A DNA stretch of 63,739 nucleotides, counting the filler, from Octopus bimaculoides (Eukaryota): assembly GCF_001194135.2 (NCBI RefSeq). It is 6 parts of 6 records of this genome, joined end to end, with 100 filler letters (N's around TTAATTAATTAA, not from the genome) between each part and the next. Parts side by side here need not be neighbours in the genome. Positions count along the whole stretch, not along the records: positions 1 to 16,412 come from NC_068995.1; 5 more parts are not named here. One strand, given 5' to 3'. The translations under genes were made by a program, and so were the position numbers. Shown here one piece after another: positions 1 through 12,905 of the stretch (position 1 is the stretch's first letter; each line of letters opens with the position of its first letter). A model generated the notes under the pieces. The model ran no database searches, had not been told where the DNA came from, and saw only the letters and a list, made by a program, of their open reading frames with translations.

Positions 1-377
1 TGTGATTCTTTTTTTGTGTCTTTAGCGTTTCTTTACTCATTGCCTACCACAATCCTCGTATCTGCACTCGTTTTGCACCTAACTCTCTCGGCACCTCTCT
101 CTCTCTCTCTCCCTCTCTACTGCTTTCTATGCGAAGTAAAACGTGACTGGAGAAACCAGTCAACCAACCAATCAACAGTTATATCAATTTTCATTATCTA
201 GAAATATTAATTTCTTCAAACTAGGAACAAAATTCGAAATTTAGATCTAAGCAAGTGGGGAATGTGAGGTTGATGCCTTTCTCAAGGACATAATCTGTGT
301 AAGCAAATGAAATCACCTCAAAAGGATCTTGGCTTATTTCATGAACTTCATGTATTGCGAACATCTTTCATTTAAAT

Positions 378-708
378 CAGTGGTTCTCAACTGGGGTTCA
401 TTATGGCTCCTGAGGGTCCATGTTAGATTTTTGGAGGTCCACATAACAAAATAGTAAATTGGGGATCCGCAATAGTATTTTAAGGGCTCCTGAAAAAATG
501 TTTCTTTAGATGTTTGTATTAATATTACAAGAAACAACGAGATTTCTTTCTCTAACGTTTTACATAGTTCAACCTACACAAGTTAATGTTTGTAAAAACA
601 AAATAGGAATTTTGAAAGTAGTTTTTAAACATTGAATGGCTTTTCCATCAGAATAAAATAGTAATCAACGTGCTCCATAGATAAAAAAAAAATAGTTGAT
701 AACCCCTG
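378..708 (+). mobile_element. hAT (Charlie-like) MITE
   Basis: TIRs CAGTGGTTCTCAACT / AGTTGATAACCCCTG; perfect 8-bp TSD ATTTAAAT (370-377, 709-716). Confidence 0.9.
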
Positions 709-3700
709 ATTTAAATAAACATTATTCCCTAAATCCTCATTCAGGTCACAAAAAATACAGACCCGGTTTATACTTTGTGGATTTCAATGAGTGGGAGCGA
801 TCGACGATTTCCTACTTGCTTCACCGAAGTTTAGTCCGATATGGTTATTTCTTAATTTGAATAAACGCAGACTGCCAGGGTGATAATGAAAAGCTCAAAT
901 CAAAAGAGAGAGTCGTTACAAATGATAGACAGAGGCATAGAAAAGTTTTGTGAAAGCCATATAGCAGGCTTATTGACAATTTAAAGGATCATTGTTGAGA
1001 AATGTATTGTTGCTCTTTCAATGAGTTTTGTATTTAGTTAAAAGCAAAATGGAAGTTTACTTTTTATTCACCTTCAAATATGTCAGGTGAAGTTTGAGCT
1101 CTATAAAAATATATTCTGGCAATTATAAGCAGAAACAACAATATTTCGATACCGTCTGTTTTACATTTGCTATAAATTGAGTTTTCTTTGTAACTTATGA
1201 TTAATATTTGCTGTACCACAGGGATAGGCAGGTTTCACTGTGAACTTCCTGCAAGTAACGTATATTGTTTCCTGCTCTCCCATCGAATATGGTCATTAGG
1301 TACGTATACACGCCCAAGTAAAGATATGTAGACACGCATACACATGCATACAAACATACTTTGTCAAGTAAAGAAAGCACACCAGAATCAATGAATAAAT
1401 TGTGAAATGTGTAACTAAATTTACTCTTGCTGTGAAACAATTTTTGGGTTAAATGTCCAGTTTAGAAAGAGAGCACGTGAACAGTAATTGGAAAATTGTC
1501 TCCGACGCTGTAAGTTCTCATAATTTCCATATATATCACACATATAATCACGTGTCCTCTAGTTTGGGTGAACTGGTTCTACATACAAATATACAGACAT
1601 ACATACATACATATGTGTGTACACAAACACACACACACACACATATATATATATACATATATATTTACATACAAAGTCCTCTACCATTCACACAGATGCA
1701 TGTTTATATATATATATATATAAAGACTTTCCGTATTCCCGAGCGTCATACTAATATATACTTTTGTTATTTACACCACCTGTCCTCGTCTGTTGTTATT
1801 TTTTGTATATTCTCCCANNNNNNNNNNNNNNNNNNNNNNNNNNNNNNNNNNNNNNNNNNNNNNNNNNNNNNNNNNNNNNNNNNNNNNNNNNNNNNNNNNN
1901 NNNNNNNNNNNNNNNNNNNNNNNNNNNNNNNNNNNNNNNNNNNNNNNNNNNNNNNNNNNNNNNNNNNNNNNNNNNNNNNNNNNNNNNNNNNNNNNNNNNN
2001 NNNNNNNNNNNNNNNNNNNNNNNNNNNNNNNNNNNNNNNNNNNNNNNNNNNNNNNNNNNNNNNNNNNNNNNNNNNNNNNNNNNNNNNNNNNNNNNNNNNN
2101 NNNNNNNNNNNNNNNNNNNNNNNNNNNNNNNNNNNNNNNNNNNNNNNNNNNNNNNNNNNNNNNNNNNNNNNNNNNNNNNNNNNNNNNNNNNNNNNNNNNN
2201 NNNNNNNNNNNNNNNNNNNNNNNNNNNNNNNNNNNNNNNNNNNNNNNNNNNNNNNNNNNNNNNNNNNNNNNNNNNNNNNNNNNNNNNNNNNNNNNNNNNN
2301 NNNNNNNNNNNNNNNNNNNNNNNNNNNNNNNNNNNNNNNNNNNNNNNNNNNNNNNNNNNNNNNNNNNNNNNNNNNNNNNNNNNNNNNNNNNNNNNNNNNN
2401 NNNNNNNNNNNNNNNNNNNNAAGGAGGGAGGGGGAAGGAGGGAGGGAGGGAGGAAAATATATGTGTGGAAGAGAAAATTTGCATGTATGTTTCTGCGGAT
2501 GGAAGTTAATGTGAATATATATGGAAATGTGAATTCCTTCGCATGAGATTGGATCCTGACGCATATATGCATTTGTGAGTGTGGGAAAGTCTATTTATAG
2601 TCTTCATAGTAGTCTTTATAGATATGTCTGTACATACACGTGTATGTTGTGTGCATGTGTGTGTGTGTGTGTGTTTATATGTTTATGTTTAAGCGCTGAT
2701 AATAATGAATGCACCACTATAATAAAGGGGGTGGGGGTAGAGAGTGCACGGAAGCAGAGCACGAGTTTGTGAGTGATGAAAGAGATAGTGAAAGCCTTTA
2801 AAACACTTTTGAAAAGATTGCGTTTGAATGGTGGCATCGATGTGATTCGTTAAAACCAGATTTATTCAGCGACTGGGGTATATAGTTATTGGGTCAGATA
2901 AACGGACTGCAAGGAAGGCAGGGCGTGTTTCTATAAATAACTACTAAAATGTCGCCAAAGCACAATACATAACGAATACATATACACTCACATATACATA
3001 TACATGCATAAATATAGGCAAACACATGTAAGTACACACATATTTCAGCACATGTTTACAAGAGAGCATAGATCTACTTACTATGCCCCAAAAATGATTA
3101 TCGCAGCATAATACTTATATATGCACACACAGACTTATACGTTTATACATACATATGTTACATGAGGAAAGTAATATTTCTTTTATTGTATACCTGAATG
3201 TGTGTGTGTGTGCGCGTATTTTTTATACACGCATACATCGTATTTAGTCATTAACACGCACATTGATGGATACTGATGTATAGAACTACGAATCTAACTA
3301 CACACTCATTTACATATACATTTTTATTTTTACTACACAGTCTGTGGTGTGTGTGTGAAATAAAAGGGAGGCACGCGCGCGCGCACACACATATTGAACA
3401 CGTGGGTTATATATAAATATACAATTAATCAAAACATGCCATCTTATTCACATATTCTCATAGAAACAAATACCAGAATAAACGGACACAAATACCGCAT
3501 GCTTGTAAAATTATAACAGACAGCAGGGTGTACATTGTAGTATAACGGAAAGTGTATTACACAGTGGAAATACTCGTCTGTTAGGTTTATCTCAACAAAA
3601 TACTTCTTAAGCCCCAAAATCTATTCCGAAACGTTTCTAACCATAAAGATTTCAATAAGCTTCGATTACTTATTACAAGCATTGGTGCTTAAGTGTTACT

Positions 3701-3873
3701 GGTTGCATCTATAGAGTTGTGTGTGCGATTGTGTTTGTGTGTGTGAATGTGTGTGCGTGTGTGTGTGTTTGTGTGTGCATGTTTGCATGTTTGTGTGTGT
3801 GTATATGTGCGCGCGCACGTTCGTATGTAAATGTGAGTGTGTTTGTGCGAGAATGTGTATGTTTGTATGTGGA

Positions 3874-3924
<51 letters not shown>

Positions 3925-5691
3925 ACAGCTATGTAAATTTAATTCTGTAAAGCAGACGCTATTTACAGCGTTGTAGCTGTGACTACGTACATGCGGCAGA
4001 GGCAGACTAGGCATAAAGCCAGGTTTTGTAGGACAATGTATTTGTCGAATGTCAAAAAATGTGTTTATTACTGGTATTTTTGATGGAACGAGGAGTTCTA
4101 CACATTATTCAAAAACATTGGGACGAAACGAGTAATAATAATAAGGTGTATTTTAGTTCGGTGTTACGCCTCTAGCAGTTTACAGTCTTGTGTTTACTGT
4201 ATTAGCACGTGTGGTTGATCAATCAAAACGACATTAGAGTGAGAGAAAGAGAGAGAGAGAGAGTGAGGAGGAGAGAGAGAGAGGGTGAGTGGAAGAAAGA
4301 GATAGAGACACATGATAAAGATTGACATACAGTAACAAACATAATGTTGATAGACAACATCAGGCAGAGATAGATAGACAAAAGTCGAGGAATAAATAGA
4401 AGCGCTCATCCAACACCATGACCCACAATCTAAAACACACACACACACACACACACACATACATACACGATTTTTAAAATGACACTTGTTAATAAACCTA
4501 TAAACACATATATTTACCGAAGGTCCCTACATGGTCGAATGGTGGAATGGTCTGCTAGAAACAGCAGTCAAATTTTCTTTTAATCACACAAATGAGGGGC
4601 TGGACGATGTAGTTACTGAGGTACAAAGGGACGGGGTGGTCACATCTTTAATCACGTCTGCTCGATGAAGGCTGACTTGGAGCTATATAGACACTCAACA
4701 TACGCATATACATTGTGTGTGTGTTGTTTGTGTTACAAACACTCACATACAAGAATCACATGAGCACATACAAACAAATATGAACATACGCAAGTATACA
4801 CATAAGGATCCCTTACAGAGGGACGCACGGCCAGAAATGTTGGCGAGCTTGGGTCGGGGTTGGACAGTTGATCATTTTAATTCCAATGTTAGACTGGCAT
4901 TTTGTCGACCTCCGCCAGGATCAAAGGTGAAGTCGATATCGACGAGATTCGAACTTATAAAGGGACGTAACACGACCAGGTATTTAACCCGATGCTCCTC
5001 CAATCCACCGTTCTAATCCTTCATATACACATATAAGTAATGTATATAAATATACACGCAGAGGCTCGCATGTGCAACGTGGTTCATAAACAGAAGAAAA
5101 TTGTCGCATGGCCGCTATTGATTGTGTATTATACCGAGTGCAACATTCAATCGGCTATTACACATAGCTCTCTTTCTCTCTCGCATATATACACGCACGC
5201 ATATATACACATGTCTATACATATATAAGTGTGTGTGTGTGTGTGTGTGTGCATGTTCAGCGAACATCTTTCATTTAAGTACATTTTCAGTGTTTAGCGT
5301 GAAGATAGAATTATATGAAAAATTGTCGAGGGATATGGAAATAACAAAGAATGAGCCGATTTCTTTTTGGTCAAAACGTTAATACATACACGCATACATA
5401 TTTGAAAAGAAAAGAACGTATATTTATGCATGTGAGGATGGTTGACAAATATTTTCAGACCATCGATAAACACACACATACACATACACACTCACACCTA
5501 CATGTGTGTCTGTGTAGATATGTATATACTTTTATTATATCATGATGTATAAGCGATATGTACACACACACACATTCATTCTTTCTATTTTTTTATACGT
5601 TTCAGCCCAAAGGATGTGGTTATGCTGGAACACCACCATATATATATATATATATATATGTTTGTATGTATATATATATGTATGTATGTAT

Positions 5692-5956
5692 GTACTACTA
5701 AAGCAGCGCGGACCCGAACGCGCAGTCGCGCGTCCGCGCTAGCTAGTCGTGAGTGGTCGATCCTAACCCTAACCCTAACCCTAAACACGTATTCATTTGC
5801 ACACGCGGGTTAGGGATAGGGTTAGGGATAGGGTTAGGGTTAGGGCTAGGGACAGGGTTAGGGTTAGGTTTAGGGCTAGGGTTAGGATCGACCACTCAAG
5901 ACTAGCTAGCGCGGACGCGCGACTGCGCGACCGGGTCCGCGCTGCTTTAGTAGTAC
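5692..5956. mobile_element. Fold-back/MITE-like element with ~93-bp TIRs and internal telomeric repeats
   Basis: Arms GTACTACTAAAGCAGCGCGG...GGTCGATCCTAACCCT, with only a few mismatches; (TAACCC)3 on the left and a TTAGGG-variant array on the right. Confidence 0.75.
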
Positions 5957-6704
5957 CATATATATATATATATGAAATGTTCGAAATACGGATTAGAAAA
6001 ACAGCCGGCCGACAACTGATGAAGGGTCGTTCTTTAAGTTGCGTGTCTTGTTTTCCATTTATTTCCTTCGGTATTTGCAAAAAAACTTCATATTCCGTGT
6101 ATTCGTATTTCATATTCTATATTTCCATACCTTTTGTTGTTTACGTTCTGTGACATCCTATACCCACATATGCATATGTATATACGTATATATGTATGTA
6201 TATATATTATTTATATTATCATACATACATACATACATGTCAAGGATTAAAAAAACATAACAACCGGAAAATTTGACAAAAACAAAACACACAGGAGTCG
6301 GAAGTTCATCCAATGTGCTAAAATACCTAATTTCTTCGGATATGTTTTAAGTATCGTAATTTAAGATTCTAAAATAAATAAATAAATAAATGAATGAATA
6401 AATAAAATAAGATGGAGTTAATTCCTGGGTTCCCCTATTTAAACTTCTTTTTTGATGTCTTCTAGTTTAGATTTTCTATTAAACATTTTTGAGAATTATG
6501 TTTTAAACACAAGAGATTAATGATTCTTCAAAATATAGGTAACATAGATCTACAAAAAAAAAAAATTTCTAAGAAATGTCTTAGCTAAATATATATATAT
6601 ATATATTTTTTTTTACGTTTTGTACGTTCATTACTTAAAACAATCCTCACCGAAAGAAATTACGGTTTTGGCGCACAATTTCTGATTCTATTCTTTAGGA
6701 ATCA

Positions 6705-6773
<69 letters not shown>

Positions 6774-7191
6774 CATACATACATACATACATAAAGATGC
6801 ATATATATATATATACATATATAAAAATATGTATATTTATAAAGATATTTCTACATATATGTATACACACACACACACACACTTATATATGAACATATGT
6901 GTGTGTGTGTGTGTGTGAAAGGCGGTTAATTTTCAGAATCGTTAGAACGTCGGACGCAATGCCTCGTAGTATTCTGACTCGTTTTACTTTTAGAGTTCGG
7001 ATGCCGCTGGAATCGATAAAATAACCTACCAGGTCGGTAGATTGGTGGAATTATTAGAGTGTTGGACTAAATAACATTACAGTATTTGTTCCGGTCCTTT
7101 ATATAAGTTCTGAGTTCGAATCCCGTCCTTGCTATTTATTATTATTATGATTCTGGCGTTCAATATAATAAAGTAGTATTGGTGGGCAGCC

Positions 7192-7227
<36 letters not shown>

Positions 7228-7531
7228 CTCTCATGTCTGTGTGTTCTGTTAAGTGAAAGATGTGAAGGGCGAGAAGATGCCGGTCTCTTAACTTGCGATT
7301 TTATGACCACCTGAGAGAACAAGACAATGTATGGCATCTGCCGCTTGCAAGTTATAGTCGGTTATGAGTTTGTTATACATGTATGTGTGTGTGTGTGTAT
7401 TACATTGCACATTTATATATATGTAACTCGCGATGGTAAAAGGTTGAGAATCGCTAGTATATATAAGTTGATATATCAATTTATATACATAGACACAAAC
7501 ACAGATATGCTATAAACATGTGTGTATACCT

Positions 7532-7617
<86 letters not shown>

Positions 7618-9620
7618 CACACTCACACTCACACGCATGTATGTACATATATAATATGGAAGATATTCAACGTATTCTCATCACATTTATCCATCAATAC
7701 TTATTCAACAAGTTCAGTAAGGTTAGGCCCTACCTTCTCTGTACTGTAGAGAATTCCTCCGATAGCCGGTAAATATTTCATGCGGCCTCCGCGCCATAAC
7801 TCCAGTGTTCTGTTTTTGTGTTACGAATGATAGTTAACGTCAGTCACTAGATAGAGAAAGGGGTGGAGGAGGAAGAGGGAAGGTGATGATCTTTATGTAG
7901 TAGGAGGAATAGGAAGAGCGAAGGGCGGCCGGAACATGCGGCGGTACAATCGAAATAAACAAACTGCCCTACAATTGAGGTAGACATTTAAAAACCTATT
8001 GTCGGTTTTTTTCCCCCCTTCTTTACGTTTTTCTTTATTCTATTTCTTTTTTCTGTGTTAATATCTAGTGCTTGTTCGTTCTTAGCTGTGGAGTGTTAGT
8101 AGTTGTGATGACGGTAAACTTGTATTCGGCAATTTACCTCGAACATCTTCACATCAAGTTTACGACCAGCGTCGTAAGGCTCATTCTCATAAAAGTATGA
8201 TGACGTGATATTATTAGAGATGGAGAGAATGACGGGGCCATTGATACGAGGGACTTATCTTTTATTATTTAATCGTATATTTATTGTTGTTGCGTGGTGG
8301 TTGGTTTAGTTGTGACTTGCGTGATTGCTGTGAAAGAAGTTGTCAAATATTTTTCGGTGTGGTATGTTGTTGTTTAGCTCCAGATCATCCCTGATGAAGC
8401 AAGCCTATGATCAAAGACTTTCCGACCAGAACCGTTCATCTTTTGGAGGAGCGAAGGGTATCTTGGATAACATTTCACGGACGGAATGTGCTTGGAGGGA
8501 AATATGACAGCTATTTCTAGCTGATTGAGTGACCCTGTAAGGATTCCGTCATTGTATCGCGGTCATGGATTCTCAATGTTGTTTCTCTTGTATCTGTTGT
8601 TATAGCGTCTGCCTGTAAGTATTTTGTAGTTAACGTTTCTGTTGTTTTTATCTTATTTACACAATGTTCTTTTAATTGTTGTATCACTTTAATTTCGCTC
8701 ATCTTTCTCTTAGAATAAGAACGTAATGGAATGAGAAAGAAAGAGAAATGAAACAACGAAGACAAAGTTTCAATGAAGTGGTTCACGAGTTGTGTGTGTT
8801 CGTGCGTAGTTGCGTGTGTGTGTGTGTGTGTGTGTGTGTCTGTGTGTGTGCATGTGCGTGGGCGTGCGCGCGTGTGTATGTGTTTTCATTTAGTTTAATG
8901 AGACAGAGTCCGTAACCTTTTTATTCACACTTAGTAATAATCTCATGTAATGTTCAATATAAAGCAAGTTATTCGCAACCTATGGGTCGATGAATATAAT
9001 TCGAAAATTGTCGTAAAGGCAAAACCTTTTACTTTTGAAATATTTGATAACGTGTAAAATGCCCGTGAATATGAAATATAATAAGCCATTGGCATAGGAA
9101 TTACAACACAACCGAGGAGTATTTCTCTAAGATAAATGTTAAGTATATCCCATTAGTATAAATACAGAGTTTCAGATGATTAATACTTTGCCCTAATGGA
9201 CAACGAAAGAACTGTAGTTAAATAGGTTTATATTTTCAACACACACGCGCGAATGTTCGTCGGTTGTAACGATGAGTATTCAGTTGTTCAATCAACTGAA
9301 ATACTTGGCTCATTGATGCCAGTGGGATCGGACCCGGGATCTCATGATTGCAAAACTAACATTTTATCCATTCGGTCATGTACAACACCCACACACACCC
9401 CACATCCCACACACAAAGAAATGTTGTCAATGGTACCCATCAAGAGGGAATTACTCCTGTTGACTTCAAGGGAAGGAAAATCAGAGAATTGTTCCATTCG
9501 TGCTTTCCCCAAAGAGCATGAATCAGCACAACTGAAATAGAGATGTTATAGATTTGGGGGACAAGGGATTGAATTATTTAGTGCTATTATTACTATCCCC
9601 CATACACACACACTCAGGTG

Positions 9621-9807
9621 CAGGGCCATCTTAGCAGCATTACAGGCCTTGGGAAAATCAGTGCCTTGGCTCCTTTATAGTATTTATCTATTGACAGCAA
9701 ATCACAACGAACGTAATTCAGAACTGGGCTCCCAGACCCGGGCTCCCAGACCCGGGCTCCCAGACCCGGGCAACAGCTCAGTGTACCCATTCCTAAGGAC
9801 GGCACTG
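9621..9807. mobile_element. Probable hAT-like MITE with a 14-bp GGGCTCCCAGACCC x3 array
   Basis: TIR-like CAGGGCCATCTTAG / CTAAGGACGGCACTG; tandem 14-mer at 9726-9771; no clean TSD. Confidence 0.5.
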
Positions 9808-12690
9808 TACACACACAATGCATTGACAGTTTCTTCTCATATCAATCCTTATCGAGTAGACTTATGAAGAAAGGCTTTCTAACCGTGACCACACTCTCTT
9901 TTTTTCTTTTTACGTCCACTTAAACGTGAATGTTCTGTTGGAACAAACTATTCTGCGACAATTACCATGTATGAAACTCCCATATTGGCTTTTGGTGCAA
10001 AATGCACTCTTGTTTATATCGCCAGCGAGGCGAGATCACCAGATCACGTGAATTCAACTTTGCTTGGTCTTGTCAATTTAAAAATAAATGGTTTAGTGTG
10101 ACTTATTTTTTAAAACAGTAGGGTATGATTAAAGGGATTTGGCTGCTATTTGTAGGAGGTGAAGTGACCACGGAGCGATTTCCTTGTTGGCTTTTACTCT
10201 CCCAATTGTTTACGTTGAAGACAAGAGAAAGCCGACTCTGACTGCTTCGATTATATTTGGTTGTTATTTCATTTTACTCATGTTGATGAGCAGAGCATGA
10301 ATGTCACACAGTCCTATTCTACTTATCTAAAGAATTGTACTCACATAGTAAATCGATATTAAGAAATCGACATAAATCAAGAAACGTAGTGTCAGTAACT
10401 CGAGATAAATAGGCATTGATAGGTATTTAATAAATATGTGTGTGTGTGAGAGAGAGAGAGATAAAGATAGAGAGAGGGGGTGTATGCATGTGTGTATGTC
10501 TGCGAACATCGAACTCTTTGATATGTTATATGAGTACGTTCTGAGTTCAAATTCCGCTTGGGGTCAACTTTGCCTTTCATCTTTTCGGGGTCGATAACAT
10601 AAGCAACCATATACTGGATCGATGTAATCGTCTTAGCCCCTCCAACAAAATTTCAGGCCTTGTGCCCCTAGTAGAAAAAATATGATATACGAATGTATAT
10701 AGGTAAAAGAAGGTACGAAAAACAGATAGGTGGTGCAATATTAACTTTGTCTTCCATCCTTTCAGGTCGATAAAATAAGTACCAGTGAGTACTGGGTCGA
10801 TGTAATACACTTAACCGCTTCCCTGAAATTGCTGGCCTTGTGCCAAAATATTAAGTGCTATTGTGTGTATGTATATGTATCAGTGAATGGACACGCGCTC
10901 AAATGAGCGTATGTAACTAACAAGCAAAGCTTATTTACACGAAGGAGTGTGCAGGTTCATAAAGGTGAGTGTGGGTTTGAAATGTAATGGAGAAAAAGCG
11001 AGGAGTGAGCGACAAGGAGAAAGACAAAGAATGTAAGAAGGAGAAGGAAGAGTTGCTGGAGGTTTTTGAAAAGCAAAATGAAATTTGTGAGGGCGGAGAG
11101 GTGTAATAAAAAGTGAGTGTAAAAAAAGTATTTACGTAAGAGCGATCGTGAAATGAGAGTGTGAATGGATAAGCATGATTATCTCTGTTTCATTATTTCC
11201 CTTTTCCTCTATTCAATCCTGTTCAGCCTTTCCCACTCTTTCTAACCTTTTCTTTTCATCACAACTGTTTTAGCTCATGTTTGGCGGTAACTAGTGATAG
11301 TCTTCTACTGCCAGACGTACGAAGGTGGTCGCACCCAGCTGTGAATTAAATGCAAATAACCAACACCACAACAGCAGTGATGAAAAGGTTGTCAGTTACA
11401 AAGTTCATATCTTTCCCAAATAGTGACATTAATGAAGCGAAATGGCTACAAATCGCTACCGAGTCGAAAACAAGTAGTGAATTTAGTTTTCCTGAAAACT
11501 ATACTCTGGCGAGATTTACAACAGTAAGGTTTAGGGACTACATGACAGGCTACACTGTTAAAAAAAAAAAATTCTTTTATGAATTTGAAGGAACGGACTA
11601 TGTGCTTGAAATTTGTACAATTGAATAAGTTCGTTTGTGTATCGTGGGTTGAGATATGTTCTGATCTTTCAAACAACGCTTATTTTCTTCGAAAAAGGGT
11701 CCTTTTCAAAGTATTAGGACTTATTGGGTTTCAAAGGAAATAAACGTCTGACTAATTTTTTTCAGCTGTTTTTGTCAATGGTGAACAGGAGTCGGTAGTA
11801 AACGTTTTTTTTTTTGGTGTGGGGGGGGGGNNNNNNNNNNNNNNNNNNNNNNNNNNNNNNNNNNNNNNNNNNNNNNNNNNNNNNNNNNNNNNNNNNNNNN
11901 NNNNNNNNNNNNNNNNNNNNNNNNNNNNNNNNNNNNNNNNNNNNNNNNNNNNNNNNNNNNNNNNNNNNNNNNNNNNNNNNNNNNNNNNNNNNNNNNNNNN
12001 NNNNNNNNNNNNNNNNNNNNNNNNNNNNNNNNNNNNNNNNNNNNNNNNNNNNNNNNNNNNNNNNNNNNNNNNNNNNNNNNNNNNNNNNNNNNNNNNNNNN
12101 NNNNNNNNNNNNNNNNNNNNNNNNNNNNNNNNNNNNNNNNNNNNNNNNNNNNNNNNNNNNNNNNNNNNNNNNNNNNNNNNNNNNNNNNNNNNNNNNNNNN
12201 NNNNNNNNNNNNNNNNNNNNNNNNNNNNNNNNNNNNNNNNNNNNNNNNNNNNNNNNNNNNNNNNNNNNNNNNNNNNNNNNNNNNNNNNNNNNNNNNNNNN
12301 NNNNNNNNNNNNNNNNNNNNNNNNNNNNNNNNNNNNNNNNNNNNNNNNNNNNNNNNNNNNNNNNNNNNNNNNNNNNNNNNNNNNNNNNNNNNNNNNNNNN
12401 NNNNNNNNNNNNNNNNNNNNNNNNNNNNNNNNNNNNNNNNNNNNNNNNNNNNNNNNNNNNNNNNNNNNNNNNNNNNNNNNNNNNNNNNNNNNNNNNNNNN
12501 NNNNNNNNNNNNNNNNNNNNNNNNNNNNNNNNNNNNNNNNNNNNNNNNNNNNNNNNNNNNNNNNNNNNNNNNNNNNNNNNNNNNNNNNNNNNNNNNNNNN
12601 NNNNNNNNNNNNNNNNNNNNNNNNNNNNNNNNNNNNNNNNNNNNNNNNNNNNNNNNNNNNNNNNNNNNNNNNNNNNNNNNNNNNNNNNNN

Positions 12691-12729
<39 letters not shown>

Positions 12730-12905
12730 GTTTGTGTCTGTGTTTGTCCCCCCAACATCGCTTGACAACCGATGCTGGTGTGTTTACGTCCCCGTAACTT
12801 AGCGGTTCGGCAAAAAGAGATCGATAGAATAAGTACTAGGCTTCCAAAGAATAAGTCCTAGGGTCGATTTGCTCGACTAAAAGGCGGTGCTCCAGCATGG
12901 CCACA
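12691..12905 (+). mobile_element. SINE family A 3' half
   Basis: gtttgtccccccaacatcgcttgacaaccgatgctgg ... ccagcatggcc. Confidence 0.8.

Noticed and set aside
1453-2572. Long ORFs in the track spanning N runs (also 11752-12802, 28802-29728, 49198-50406, 59950-61023)
   Set aside because: They are long only because N codons translate as X; they are assembly gaps.
11350-11628. 92-aa ORF with a donor-like ACA|GTAAGG
   Set aside because: No recognisable homology, no compatible neighbouring exon, and an in-frame stop immediately before the ATG.
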